Below, one piece after another: positions 1 to 10,067 of a DNA stretch of 32,000 nucleotides (within the stretch, counting starts at the first letter, position 1; each line of letters opens with the position of its first letter). A program made the position numbers and the translations under genes. Source of the stretch: Cuniculiplasma divulgatum (GTDB lineage: Archaea; Thermoplasmatota; Thermoplasmata; Thermoplasmatales; Thermoplasmataceae). The stretch covers positions 630,001 to 662,000 of the forward strand of contig NZ_LT671858.1 in the NCBI RefSeq assembly GCF_900083515.1, given 5' to 3'. The notes under the pieces were generated by a model that was given only the letters and a program-made list of their open reading frames with translations, was not told where the DNA came from and did not search any database.

Positions 1-1001
1 TGAGGAATGCAACGGAGGCACTCAATCTTGCAGCATCGGGTCTTACATCCATGCTAAAGGAAGGGGATGAGGTACTAATTTCAAGAATGGAACACCATTC
101 AAACATTGTACCATGGCAGATACAGACGGTAGCCAGGAACCTTAATCTGAAATTTATAGATAATGGGGAGAAAGACAGGATTGACTGGAAAATGGTTGAA
201 GAACATCTGAGCCCAAGAACAAAGGTTGTGTCACTGACCCAGTGTTCAAACATTCTTGGTACAATCAACGATCTAAACGATATGGGAAAACACCTTCACA
301 ATCTGGGAATAAAGTTTGTTATAGATGGTGCCCAAAGCGTTCCACATATGCCAGTGGACGTGAATAAACTGCAGTGTGATTTATTGGCCTTTTCCGGGCA
401 TAAGATGCTGGGACCATCTGGCATAGGATGTTTGTATGGAACTGAAGAAATACTTAACGAAATGCCACCTTACATGGGTGGCGGAGAGATGATAAAGGAG
501 GTATATGAGGATCATTTTATTCCAGCAGATGTGCCAGAAAAGTTCGAGGCAGGCACACCAAATATAGAAGGGGCAATAGGTCTGTCCGCAGCAGTTGATT
601 ATTTAAAAAAACTGGGAATGGAAAATATTCGAGAACATGAAAGGGATATTATTTCATACGTTCTAAAAAGAGAAGACGAATTGAACATGGATGATCTAAT
701 AAGCTATGGCCCCAGAGATCCTGATATTAAGGCTGGAATTTTCACATTCAACATCAGAAAGAAGATAGAAAGTGATAAACCATTTGGAAATGAGGTGCAT
801 CCCCATGACATTTCACATATGGCCGACAGGATCGAAGGAGTAGAACTCAGATCAGGTCATCACTGTGCCATGCCTATGACCGTTGCTCTTGGTGTTTATG
901 CCACTGCAAGGGCTTCATTCTACATATACAATGACAAAGAGGATGTGGATCACCTGTTTGATTCCATAGAAAAAATAGAAAAGAGGATGATTGTAAGATG
1001 A
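1..1001 (+). CDS. sufS: Cysteine desulfurase, SufS-type (class V aminotransferase); 5' end cut by window edge
   Basis: The frame is open from base 3, with RNATEALNLAASGLTS preceding the listed Met at 51. Motifs present: MEHHSNIVPWQ, PLP-lysine SGHKMLGPSGIG and active-site RSGHHCAMP. The stop overlaps the next start (ATGA at 998-1001). Confidence 0.9.
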   Translation, partial: RNATEALNLAASGLTSMLKEGDEVLISRMEHHSNIVPWQIQTVARNLNLKFIDNGEKDRIDWKMVEEHLSPRTKVVSLTQCSNILGTINDLNDMGKHLHNLGIKFVIDGAQSVPHMPVDVNKLQCDLLAFSGHKMLGPSGIGCLYGTEEILNEMPPYMGGGEMIKEVYEDHFIPADVPEKFEAGTPNIEGAIGLSAAVDYLKKLGMENIREHERDIISYVLKREDELNMDDLISYGPRDPDIKAGIFTFNIRKKIESDKPFGNEVHPHDISHMADRIEGVELRSGHHCAMPMTVALGVYATARASFYIYNDKEDVDHLFDSIEKIEKRMIVR

Positions 1002-1387
1002 GTGATGATATAGTATACAGCGCAATAATAGATGAGCATTATCAGGAACCAAGGAACTTTGGTAAGATAGAAAATCCAGATGAACAGATAATGGAAACAA
1101 ATCCAACATGTGGTGATACCATAGCCATGTATGTAAAGATTGGGGAAGGAAAGATAAAGGATATTAAATATGTTGCAAAGGGTTGCCTTATTAGTGTAGC
1201 TTCTGCATCAATTCTATCAGAAAATGTTGAGGGAAAAAGCATTGAAACTGTTATGGACATGAAAAAAACCGACGTCCTTGGAAATCTTGGGCTAACACTT
1301 GGACCTGCAAGAGAGAAGTGTGCCCTTCTGTCCTATGATGCTCTGATTAAAATGATAAAAGATTATAAGAGTAAAAATTCTCAGTAA
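998..1387 (+). CDS. sufU: SufU/IscU-like Fe-S cluster scaffold (NifU N-terminal domain family)
   Basis: Cys-ligand contexts NPTCGD, AKGCLISVASAS and REKCALLSYDAL. Translationally coupled to sufS. Confidence 0.85.
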   Translation: MSDDIVYSAIIDEHYQEPRNFGKIENPDEQIMETNPTCGDTIAMYVKIGEGKIKDIKYVAKGCLISVASASILSENVEGKSIETVMDMKKTDVLGNLGLTLGPAREKCALLSYDALIKMIKDYKSKNSQ

Positions 1388-4086
1388 GAACTGTTCTCAA
1401 CAACAGATCTTCCATCAACTTTACTCACATGCAGTGAAATATCTGCAGCGGTTTCAAGTTCTGTGTGATGAGTTATTATGACAATCTGAGGAAATATTCC
1501 CTCATCGCTCAGATCCTTCATGGCGTATTGAAGTATTTCGCGCAGGTCATTACGCCTCTCTTCATCGAGGTAAATTGTTGGTTCATCCATCATGATGGTG
1601 CTTATATTCCTTCCAAGATATTTGGCTATGGCCAGTCTCATTGCAATGGAAACAGCAGTCTTTTCACCACCACTTAGCTGAGTGATATTTTTTACCTCAC
1701 CATACTGCATTATATCAACATCCAGATCATCTGATATCCTGATATCTTCCATGTTGAGGTTGAATCTTGAGATTAGGTTCCTTGTTATGGAGTTAATTGA
1801 CTCCAGTGCCATCTGTCTTATGAGCTGTGGTATTCCGTCTCTGTTGAATGCTTTCCTTACAAGAACTAGAAAATCATGAAGTTTCTTTGTCCTTTCTATC
1901 TCTTCAAGATCTCCCTTAAACTTTTCAATATTCTTTTCAAGATCCTGAATGGATGTATTCAGTGATGATTTTTGACCGGTAAGATTTACTCTCCTTTCCA
2001 CAAGATCGCTATACCTCGAATTTATGTCTGATAACTCTCTGTCTATATCACCGAACTGATTTATCTCTTCTTTTAATTTTCCAATTTCTGTATTAGCATT
2101 TTCAATTAAAACTCTCAAAGAGTCCTGCCTTGTCTTTGCATCTTTCAAGGAATCTTCCTGACGCAAATACGACTCTATCTCCACTTTCAGTTCCATAATT
2201 GCTTTCTTCAATTTATCAAAATCCTGTGATCTTTTTCCCTGTTGCCAGAGAGAGTATGATTTTTGGTTGGATTTAATATCCGTTTCGATTTCATCAATCT
2301 TTTTTCTCCTTGCATTAATCTTTTCAGGTATATCCTGTTTATTTAGAGATTCAACAGTACCTTTCAAGCCTGACATTTTGCTTTCCAACTCCCTGAATTC
2401 TTTCTTTATTTTTTCGCTATCCTTCAAGAATGATAAAATTTGTTCGTACTTTATATGCGCATCTCTTGTTCCATTAAGATCATTCTGCATAGAGTTTATT
2501 TCTTTTTCAGTTCGACTAATGTCATCATTTATCTTGAAATAATTTCTCACGTAATTTGATGAAAATGCTTCAATACTAGCATTAAGGTTTTCTATCTTTT
2601 TTCTGAGTGCACTCTGCTTACTTTTATTTGAGTTTATCTCCTCCTCTGATTTCTCAATTTGGGTTCTGTATTCTTCCATAACTCTTGACCTGTGCTCCTG
2701 GGTGAGTTCCTGACCACACAGTGGGCACTGTCGTTCATTCTCCAGTTCATCTATTTTCGCTTTTAATTTAGTGATTTCATCTGTCAATCTTTTAATTACT
2801 GTACTGCAGGTAGCAATTTCCGATGCCTTCTCACTTTCTTCAGTTCTGAGTTTTTTTATTTCCTCTTCAACATCATCAAATGACATTTTTTGAGACACAA
2901 TCCTCTCAGGTAGGCTTTTTTCAATTTCTTTTAACATTTTTTTACTTTTCTCAACTTCAGACAATTTTTTCCCAACTTCCTTCTCAAGGTTTATGTATTT
3001 GTAATTTCCCTCTGAAGTCTGTTCTCTCTCCTTTTCCTTTTCTTCTATTTCCTTTATTTTAGAATTCAGTTCGCTATACCTTTTATTTAGCGAATTTATT
3101 TCTTTCGCGGATTCCCTTAAACTTTCAAGCTCTTTTTCCAGCTGATTTATCTGATTTTTTTCATCCTCAATTTGCCTTAGGCTCTGTTCTATAAGTGTTA
3201 TTTTATCCCCATTAAGATAGAGATCGCTATTTTCCATTTCAATCTGCTTTCTTTTTAGAGAATCAAGATTTTTCAGGCCTTCTCTTAAATCAACAATCTT
3301 CCTCTCCAGTTCATCCATCTCTTTCTTTGCTTTTTCTGTAGATTCTATTTGGGACTGCAATTTACCGGTTTTTTCAATAAATTTCCGGTGTTTTTCGTTT
3401 ATGTTATCTTTCAGCCTTTCCGTCTGATCCATATCCAGATGATTCTTATTTTCCTCCAGAATCACATTTTTAAGTTCTTCCTCCTTTCTGGCCTTCTCAT
3501 CATTTGTCTTTTTAAGATCATCTGTGAGATATTCATACTGGCCGATCCTTTCTGACATGCCTTTAACAATCCTGTCCACCTCGCTGAACGCCTTATCGTA
3601 ATTTTTTAATCCTATGATCTCATTGAACACATCCTTTCTTTCGGCTGGTGATTCTTTAACAAGTGAATCTATTTGCCCCTGATCAACATAAATTGAATTT
3701 ATGAAGGCACTTTTTGAAATGCCCATAATGTTCTGAATTTCATTAGAGACCGCACTTGCACCTTCTGCTAACTTCTGCCCATCCATAAGAAGTGCAGCGC
3801 TTCTTGTAGTCTCTCTGTCCTTTTTATTTTCTATCTGTCTGTATACTTCATATTCATGAGTACCTATTCTGAACCTGACCTGTATATTTGCCATTGTTGA
3901 ATTGTATGAAACAACTCTCTTTCTCTCACTCTCTCCCTGACCGAAGAATGCGACCTTTATGGCCTCAAAGATGGATGATTTCCCCGATCCATTCTGTCCC
4001 AGTATGATGTTAATTCCAGTACCAAGATTTACATCACTATGACTGTGTGATAGGAAATTTTCCATCTTCACATTTTCAATGATCAT
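1381..4086 (-). CDS. rad50: DNA double-strand break repair ATPase Rad50
   Basis: N-terminal Walker A GQNGSGKSS, a very long K/E-rich coiled coil, zinc hook CPLCGQ in the middle, signature LSGGEK and Walker B TIMMDEPT near the C-terminus. Overlaps the mre11 stop by 11 nt. Confidence 0.95.
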   Translation of the reverse strand: MIIENVKMENFLSHSHSDVNLGTGINIILGQNGSGKSSIFEAIKVAFFGQGESERKRVVSYNSTMANIQVRFRIGTHEYEVYRQIENKKDRETTRSAALLMDGQKLAEGASAVSNEIQNIMGISKSAFINSIYVDQGQIDSLVKESPAERKDVFNEIIGLKNYDKAFSEVDRIVKGMSERIGQYEYLTDDLKKTNDEKARKEEELKNVILEENKNHLDMDQTERLKDNINEKHRKFIEKTGKLQSQIESTEKAKKEMDELERKIVDLREGLKNLDSLKRKQIEMENSDLYLNGDKITLIEQSLRQIEDEKNQINQLEKELESLRESAKEINSLNKRYSELNSKIKEIEEKEKEREQTSEGNYKYINLEKEVGKKLSEVEKSKKMLKEIEKSLPERIVSQKMSFDDVEEEIKKLRTEESEKASEIATCSTVIKRLTDEITKLKAKIDELENERQCPLCGQELTQEHRSRVMEEYRTQIEKSEEEINSNKSKQSALRKKIENLNASIEAFSSNYVRNYFKINDDISRTEKEINSMQNDLNGTRDAHIKYEQILSFLKDSEKIKKEFRELESKMSGLKGTVESLNKQDIPEKINARRKKIDEIETDIKSNQKSYSLWQQGKRSQDFDKLKKAIMELKVEIESYLRQEDSLKDAKTRQDSLRVLIENANTEIGKLKEEINQFGDIDRELSDINSRYSDLVERRVNLTGQKSSLNTSIQDLEKNIEKFKGDLEEIERTKKLHDFLVLVRKAFNRDGIPQLIRQMALESINSITRNLISRFNLNMEDIRISDDLDVDIMQYGEVKNITQLSGGEKTAVSIAMRLAIAKYLGRNISTIMMDEPTIYLDEERRNDLREILQYAMKDLSDEGIFPQIVIITHHTELETAADISLHVSKVDGRSVVENSSY

Positions 4087-5203
4087 TCAAAATCTCCTCA
4101 CAGATCTTCAATATATCCTCATCACTGTGTTTTCCTTCCTTTATCAAATTGTATATTGATAGTGCCATGTTACCCTTTTTCTCATCACCAAAATATTTGG
4201 TGAATATTGATTCTATACTTTCTTCAAAAGATGGTGACATTTCAACAGCCTCTGCATTCTCTTCTATTATGGGCTGTCTGATTATGAATTTCTCCCTGTA
4301 TTCACCAAGTTTTTCCCTCATGTATTTCACATTAGGCTTACCATGTATATGCATGGTGATTACTGGTTTCTTTTCAAATTCCTGATTATTAAGTTCGTCC
4401 AGTTTCTCAAGACATTCATCCAGGGTTCCTGTAAGATCTCGCTGGACCCTGACACTCTTCAGGATCACCCTTTCCATCTCTGTTTCATCTCCATCTGTAT
4501 CAATAATATTAACACCCTTTCCCTGTCTTGTTAATCCTGAAATCTCATTTGTGCTTTTCACCTCAGTTGAACCTGCATAACAGAAAAGTGACCTTCCAAA
4601 TTTTTTCTTTATGAACTGGTGTATATGGCCAAAAGCCAGATATGTGTAATTTACAGGAAGGTCTTCTTCCCTTGCCTCTGAGCTTTCCGGAGGGAATAAT
4701 GGGGATATTGCCTGATGGGACATAAATACGGAAATTTTGTGCTCCGATGCCTCCCTGCTTGCCCTGTCATATTCATTCTTCAACTGTTCTCTTTTGAATA
4801 ACTTCATATTGCTGACGCCACCGATGAATACTTCCTCATTTCCTTTCCTGAATATTGTACTTTCAAATCCCTCAAGTCCCAGTATTTTCAGTCCAAAAAG
4901 ATCGAAAAGGAGGTGAGATGGATTATCCCTTACCTTTGGTCTGTCATGATCACCTGCAATGGAGAATACCGGAATATTGTTCTTTTGTAACAAGATCATA
5001 GATTCTTCAGCAACCCTTAGTGCCCTGTTAGATGGTCTTGCTGAATCAAACAGATCACCGGAATGAACGACGAAATCAACGTCCCTGTCTATTCCTATCT
5101 GTATGCCCTCCCTGAAGGCGTCATAGAAATCCAGTTCCCTTTCTGGAATTCCATACTGCACTGAGCCCAAATGTGTATCTGAAATATGCAGGAACCTGAC
5201 CGT
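4076..5203 (-). CDS. mre11: DNA repair nuclease Mre11 (calcineurin-like phosphoesterase); start codon unresolved
   Basis: Phosphoesterase motifs HSGDLFD, AGDHDRP, MSHQA and FGHIHQ lie within the listed ORF. Motif I (RFLHISDTHLG) is encoded in frame upstream of the listed TTG (5170). It lies between the herA stop (5204-5206) and 5170, with no ATG/GTG/TTG available. I extended the call to the ACG codon at 5201-5203. Confidence 0.85.
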   Translation of the reverse strand, partial: TVRFLHISDTHLGSVQYGIPERELDFYDAFREGIQIGIDRDVDFVVHSGDLFDSARPSNRALRVAEESMILLQKNNIPVFSIAGDHDRPKVRDNPSHLLFDLFGLKILGLEGFESTIFRKGNEEVFIGGVSNMKLFKREQLKNEYDRASREASEHKISVFMSHQAISPLFPPESSEAREEDLPVNYTYLAFGHIHQFIKKKFGRSLFCYAGSTEVKSTNEISGLTRQGKGVNIIDTDGDETEMERVILKSVRVQRDLTGTLDECLEKLDELNNQEFEKKPVITMHIHGKPNVKYMREKLGEYREKFIIRQPIIEENAEAVEMSPSFEESIESIFTKYFGDEKKGNMALSIYNLIKEGKHSDEDILKICEEILNDH

Positions 5204-6751
5204 TCACACCAGCCCCTTTATGAAATCTCTATTCTTTTCAGGTGAGGTGGCCTTTTCTCTCAGCATTTTTGATTCCTTCATCAATGGCAGTATATCTATA
5301 TCACCACCACCCTCTCGTGTTTCCCTTCTCCTGACCTTTATTATTACAGGAAATCTGACGAATTCCCCAACAAGTACAGCCTCTCCCGTATTCAGTGAAG
5401 GAAGGTCATTTATGATTGATTCACTAACACTCTCGCAGGATTCCTCAATTGCCTTCTGATCCATAGGATTGGTAACACGCAGAATTATTTGCGAGTTGCA
5501 CTGGCTCAACACATCCTGATCTATCTTTCCGGGCCTCTGGGTGATCACAACAAGAAATGTTCCAAATTTTCTTCCTTCTGCTGCTATTTTCTTAATCAGT
5601 AGGGGTAATTTTCCAACTGTCTCTCTCCCAACAAAATTATGTGCCTCTTCTATGAAGAAAAAGACGGGATACCTGAAATTTCCTGATGTTTTCTGGTCGT
5701 ATATCTCATCCAGAACCTTCAGGCAGAAATATGATATTATATCCTGATCAAGACCTGAAAGATCCAGAATGGAAAGCTGGCCAGGTCTCAGGTAAGATTC
5801 GACTGGTGTTGTAACATCGGTAAATATATCCTTTACAGCCTTGAGCAGGGCTATTCTCCCAGCAATCTTTGATTTATCCTGGAGAGGCATGGATTCATAG
5901 GCTCGCATGAAATCCTCAAAATTTCCCTTTCCCTTAATATTGGAATATAGACGCCTGACAATCTCCCTCATGTTTGTCCACTGCTCATCGATCCTCATTA
6001 TGTTGAACAGATCATCCTCCTCAAGATCCTGAAATCTCAGTGAGAATCGTTCAGTTAGGGAATTGAGTTCAGTTCCATACCGGCCTGTGCTCATTGGTGT
6101 TTTGAACACCTTCGTTATATTAGCCATGGATTTGCTCGCCTTCATCAGCGAATAGTCCGCATGTGGATCTAATACGACTATGGTCGCTCCAGCTTTTGCA
6201 AGTTCCTCTATAAGAACGGCAGCCGTATTACTTTTTCCTGCACCCGTTTGTGCCATAATTGCAACATGCCTTCTCATTCCATTGATGGATATCCCTGTTC
6301 TCACATTATCATAATCTGTAAGTGATCCAAGTTCAAGATTTCCATCCTCACTGTAACCGAAGAGTGTCTTCATCTCATTCTCTGTCGATCGCCTTACTGG
6401 TGTTCCGGGTCTTATGAGTTCTCTGTTGCTTTTCAGAACTCTTCCATCATCAGTTATTGATCCAACTGTTCTTGCCCTTGCAACATCAACTATCTCTCTT
6501 ATTTTGGTGCTGTTCAATTTCTTAACGGTCTCAAAATCTATACTCTGTCCAATGAGATCACTGAACGAAAGAAGCTTTTCAACTCTCCCTATAATGCTTC
6601 TCCCCTGCTGCACCACTGTTATATACTCCCACCTTTTGAGCACTGCTTCTGGACTGATCACGAACTGAAAATACTCGCTTTCACTCTGTCCTGTCACGTA
6701 TCCTATATCAAAATCTGATTCTTGCACGTCTTTCACCCCTTGTTTCAACAT
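5204..6751 (-). CDS. herA: HerA bipolar DNA helicase/translocase (FtsK-HerA superfamily ATPase)
   Basis: Walker A AQTGAGKSNT, Walker B FFFIEEAHNF, C-terminal ITQRPGKID. Sits between nurA and mre11. The start may be internal (GTG), because the listed ATG overlaps the nurA end by 44 nt. Confidence 0.92.
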   Translation of the reverse strand: MLKQGVKDVQESDFDIGYVTGQSESEYFQFVISPEAVLKRWEYITVVQQGRSIIGRVEKLLSFSDLIGQSIDFETVKKLNSTKIREIVDVARARTVGSITDDGRVLKSNRELIRPGTPVRRSTENEMKTLFGYSEDGNLELGSLTDYDNVRTGISINGMRRHVAIMAQTGAGKSNTAAVLIEELAKAGATIVVLDPHADYSLMKASKSMANITKVFKTPMSTGRYGTELNSLTERFSLRFQDLEEDDLFNIMRIDEQWTNMREIVRRLYSNIKGKGNFEDFMRAYESMPLQDKSKIAGRIALLKAVKDIFTDVTTPVESYLRPGQLSILDLSGLDQDIISYFCLKVLDEIYDQKTSGNFRYPVFFFIEEAHNFVGRETVGKLPLLIKKIAAEGRKFGTFLVVITQRPGKIDQDVLSQCNSQIILRVTNPMDQKAIEESCESVSESIINDLPSLNTGEAVLVGEFVRFPVIIKVRRRETREGGGDIDILPLMKESKMLREKATSPEKNRDFIKGLV

Positions 6752-7715
6752 ATTCTGATCCAGCCATTTTTATGAAAAGTTTCATAATAATATCCTCAGT
6801 TTCCTCCCTGTGGAATTTTACCCTCTTGTCTGCAAGTGATATCCACAGGTTGTGATTTTTCAAACCTGTATAACCCCACATAATCCATGATACTATATCC
6901 CTGTGATCCAGATCAGACCCATCTGGTATGATGAAATCAACCTTCATAGGTGTATCGTCCATGGATGGAAGAACATGCATGGTATAGAATGATATCTTTT
7001 GATCCTTTGTGATTTCTCTTTCCACTAATATGGGCTCAGTATATCCTGGATTCTGCACTATAGATTTTATTAAGAGATGATCAGTTATTGACTGTTTTCT
7101 CACACTTTCAGGTACATTGCTGTCTGTTTCCATTATAGTTCTTTTGAGAATCATAGTTTCAGAACTCTTACCTATAAAGATCAGAATGACTTTTTTTTCT
7201 TTAACGGTTCGAAGGAAATCTACAAGCTTTTCTGTGTACAGAGAATAAATATCAGGTAGATCAGTATCAAATTTCTTTGTCCTCCAGTAAAGCCTGCCGG
7301 AAAGTGATCCATCCATAATGCATATTTTTGCGTCTTTCTCCAGCATTGACCTTGTTGCTACTATATGCTCGAGATTCTCCATTATTCTCTTTATGAGCTC
7401 ACTTTTCTGTTCTCTGTCCACGTGAATAAGATGAAAACTATCTTCCTCAAGCTCTTCTCCTTCTATTTGGGAAACAGCCCTTGCAACTACAAGCTTCTGT
7501 CCATTATACAGTTCTCTTGAAAATTCTGAACCATCTGTTGCACTGATTCTGAGTTCAGGTTTTTTCTGCTCTGGGAGTTCATGAAATAATTTTCGAACCC
7601 TATCCTTAAAATAAATATACGCCGGATCTTCCTCGTGTAAAATAAGGCTTCTCCTTATTATCTCTCTGCTATTCTGGAGAAAGTCACTGTATTTTTCAAT
7701 AAAATCCATGGTCAA
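6708..7715 (-). CDS. nurA: NurA 5'-3' nuclease
   Basis: Size, operon position directly upstream of herA, and acidic catalytic contexts ISATDGSEF and IMDGSLSGRL typical of NurA. Confidence 0.82.
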   Translation of the reverse strand: MTMDFIEKYSDFLQNSREIIRRSLILHEEDPAYIYFKDRVRKLFHELPEQKKPELRISATDGSEFSRELYNGQKLVVARAVSQIEGEELEEDSFHLIHVDREQKSELIKRIMENLEHIVATRSMLEKDAKICIMDGSLSGRLYWRTKKFDTDLPDIYSLYTEKLVDFLRTVKEKKVILIFIGKSSETMILKRTIMETDSNVPESVRKQSITDHLLIKSIVQNPGYTEPILVEREITKDQKISFYTMHVLPSMDDTPMKVDFIIPDGSDLDHRDIVSWIMWGYTGLKNHNLWISLADKRVKFHREETEDIIMKLFIKMAGSEYVETRGERRARIRF

Positions 7716-7765
7716 ACATGAATTACTGTATTATATCGTTTTTCAGTATTTCTCAGGCAATAATA

Positions 7766-8923
7766 TCAGGATAGAAGTTTCAGGGCCACTTCCTCCATTA
7801 GCCTTGTCCCCTTTGAAAGAGCTGATTCATCAATGGTGAACTGTGGTGAATGGTTTGCTCCTGGATTTTTCTCATTCTTATCTGTTACTCCAAGGAAATA
7901 GAATGCTCCAGGAACCTGCTGCACATAGTATGCAAAGTCCTCCCCTCCCATCTGGGGCTTTGGATGTATTATGTTTTTCTCTCCCACAACCTTCCTTGCC
8001 ACACTCTCTATAACTGACACAACCTCAGAATTATTTATTACAGCAGGATATCCGCGCAGAAATTCAAACTCAAACTCCGCCCCGTATGTCTTGCATAAAT
8101 TGCTAACCATTTCCCTAAGGAAATTCTCACTCTTCACCCTGTCCTCCTCAGTGAATGTCCGGACTGTTCCTCTCAGTTCTGTATGGGGTGCAATAACGTT
8201 ATACCTGAATCCCGAATCCATTCTACCAAATGTAATTACAGATGCTTCCGTTGGGTCAAGTACTCTTGACACTATTGTTTGCGCCTGTACTACAAGCATG
8301 GCACCAATCATCAGTGTATCAACTCCTGTATGGGGGTATGCTCCATGCCCTCCCTTGCTGTGTATCCTTATTCTGAATTCATCCGCGTTGGCCATGCACT
8401 CCTTTGGAAAAATTGCTACAGTTCCACTTGGAGCACCGGACATGACATGCTGGCCAACAACGTAATCAACATTTTTTAGAGCCCCGGCCTTTATCAGTTC
8501 TACAGCCCCACCTGGAGGCATCTCCTCTGCTCTCTGAAAGAGAAGCCTCACAGTACCGTTAAACTGATCTCTCTTCTGCATCAATGATCTCGCTACACCC
8601 AGCAGCATTGCCATATGAGAATCATGGCCGCAGGCATGCATTACACCATCATTTCTTGACTTGAAGGATATATCATTTTCTTCCCTGATGGGAAGTGCAT
8701 CCATATCGGCCCTAAGAGCAACGGTTTTTCCCTCAGAACCTCCCTTAATATCTGCATACAGGCCACCCTTAGGAACTACATGGGGTCTCAGCCCCATGTT
8801 TTCAAGTTCCTCTATTATCCTTTCCTCTGTCTGTTCTTCCTGAAAACTCAACTCTGGAAATTCATGAAACTGTCTTCTCATCGTAATTACATACTTATCA
8901 ATATTTGACAAATCATCTGCCAT
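7766..8923 (-). CDS. M20D-family amidohydrolase (N-acyl-L-amino acid amidohydrolase / hippurate hydrolase-like)
   Basis: Metal-binding motif HACGHDSHMAMLLG, plus FQRAEEMPPGGA and GGEDFAYY, all typical of peptidase M20D. Confidence 0.85.
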   Translation of the reverse strand: MADDLSNIDKYVITMRRQFHEFPELSFQEEQTEERIIEELENMGLRPHVVPKGGLYADIKGGSEGKTVALRADMDALPIREENDISFKSRNDGVMHACGHDSHMAMLLGVARSLMQKRDQFNGTVRLLFQRAEEMPPGGAVELIKAGALKNVDYVVGQHVMSGAPSGTVAIFPKECMANADEFRIRIHSKGGHGAYPHTGVDTLMIGAMLVVQAQTIVSRVLDPTEASVITFGRMDSGFRYNVIAPHTELRGTVRTFTEEDRVKSENFLREMVSNLCKTYGAEFEFEFLRGYPAVINNSEVVSVIESVARKVVGEKNIIHPKPQMGGEDFAYYVQQVPGAFYFLGVTDKNEKNPGANHSPQFTIDESALSKGTRLMEEVALKLLS

Positions 8924-8978
8924 AATGCCAAATATCTAATTCTGATAATAAAGATTGTTGTATGTTATTTACTCCTGC

Positions 8979-10067
8979 TTAAAGATAGATTGGTACAGGA
9001 GTGAATGAAAGTATGAAAAGTATGAGAACCAGTATTCCGACACCTATTTCCAGTGCACCTATTGGTGATGTATCATCAAGGGCTGGTGGATGATTTAACC
9101 CAAGGAAAAGCACAAGAATTGCTATAAGTAACCAACCGGTGTAGCTTAATCCAAGATAGAAGAGGACAAGAATGAAAAAGTAACTCAGATATATTGCTTT
9201 TCTTCCAAGCATCCCTCTAACGATGTGGCCACCGTCTAACTGCCCAACAGGAAACAGGTTCAGGGCAGTTGCGAATATTCCAACCCAGACTGATATGGTC
9301 ATTGGAAAAAATGGAGTTGTAACTGGCATTAATAATCCAAGAATATGATAAATAAATGGATAATGAAGGAAATAGGGGATAAAATGATGATAGAGTGGCA
9401 TTGTCTTCTGAAGATAGTTTGCAACAAACAAAAGGGGAAAGGCGGTTGCAAAACCTGCAATGGGTCCAGCTGCTCCTATATTTGTCATTACCTTTCTGTT
9501 TGGAAAAGGGTCTCTTAAGGAAATGAAAGCACCAAATGTACCTATAGAATATGCCAGTGGGATAAAAGGAATGAAAAAAGGAAGGGAAGCCCTAACCTTA
9601 TAATGTCTTGCAACAATGAAGTGACCAAATTCATGCACTCCCAGTATGGTCAGAAGTGGAAGTGTAAAAAATACAAAACCGTACAGTACAGTTCTCCAGA
9701 AAACATCTGCACCAGGTTTTATGAAATCTCCTGTAAAATAATATCCAGCATATAGTGTGGATAGTATGGTAAGAATAAGCATTATGAGGTTTACCTTACT
9801 GGATACAAATTTCTTCTCCTGTCCCATTGAAACCTGAACATAATGTTCGTAGCTGTTAACCATCTGCGGAATATAACCCATGGATATTAGCTTCTGACTC
9901 AATTCAGAGAACTTCTTCGTTATTAATGGGTTATCTGAATCCAGAAACATGAACTTAATAGAGAGTGGATTTACCTCTATTTCATAGGTATAAATGTAAT
10001 TCTTTACAAGGTCTACCACTTCTCGAACCTTGGGGTTTTCGAGTTCAATGTTTCGATCACTATCCAT
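8979..10067 (-). CDS. Site-2 protease family (M50) membrane metalloprotease
   Basis: HEFGHFIVARH (HExxH) within a TM segment, second motif NLFPVGQLDGGH, multiple hydrophobic helices. Confidence 0.88.
   Translation of the reverse strand: MDSDRNIELENPKVREVVDLVKNYIYTYEIEVNPLSIKFMFLDSDNPLITKKFSELSQKLISMGYIPQMVNSYEHYVQVSMGQEKKFVSSKVNLIMLILTILSTLYAGYYFTGDFIKPGADVFWRTVLYGFVFFTLPLLTILGVHEFGHFIVARHYKVRASLPFFIPFIPLAYSIGTFGAFISLRDPFPNRKVMTNIGAAGPIAGFATAFPLLFVANYLQKTMPLYHHFIPYFLHYPFIYHILGLLMPVTTPFFPMTISVWVGIFATALNLFPVGQLDGGHIVRGMLGRKAIYLSYFFILVLFYLGLSYTGWLLIAILVLFLGLNHPPALDDTSPIGALEIGVGILVLILFILSFTPVPIYL

Noticed and set aside
1465-3555. Several plus-strand ORFs (60-91 aa) inside rad50
   Set aside because: They are antisense to the strongly supported Rad50 CDS. 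Their F/L/S-rich low-complexity sequence is the mirror image of the K/E-rich coiled coil, and they have no motifs.
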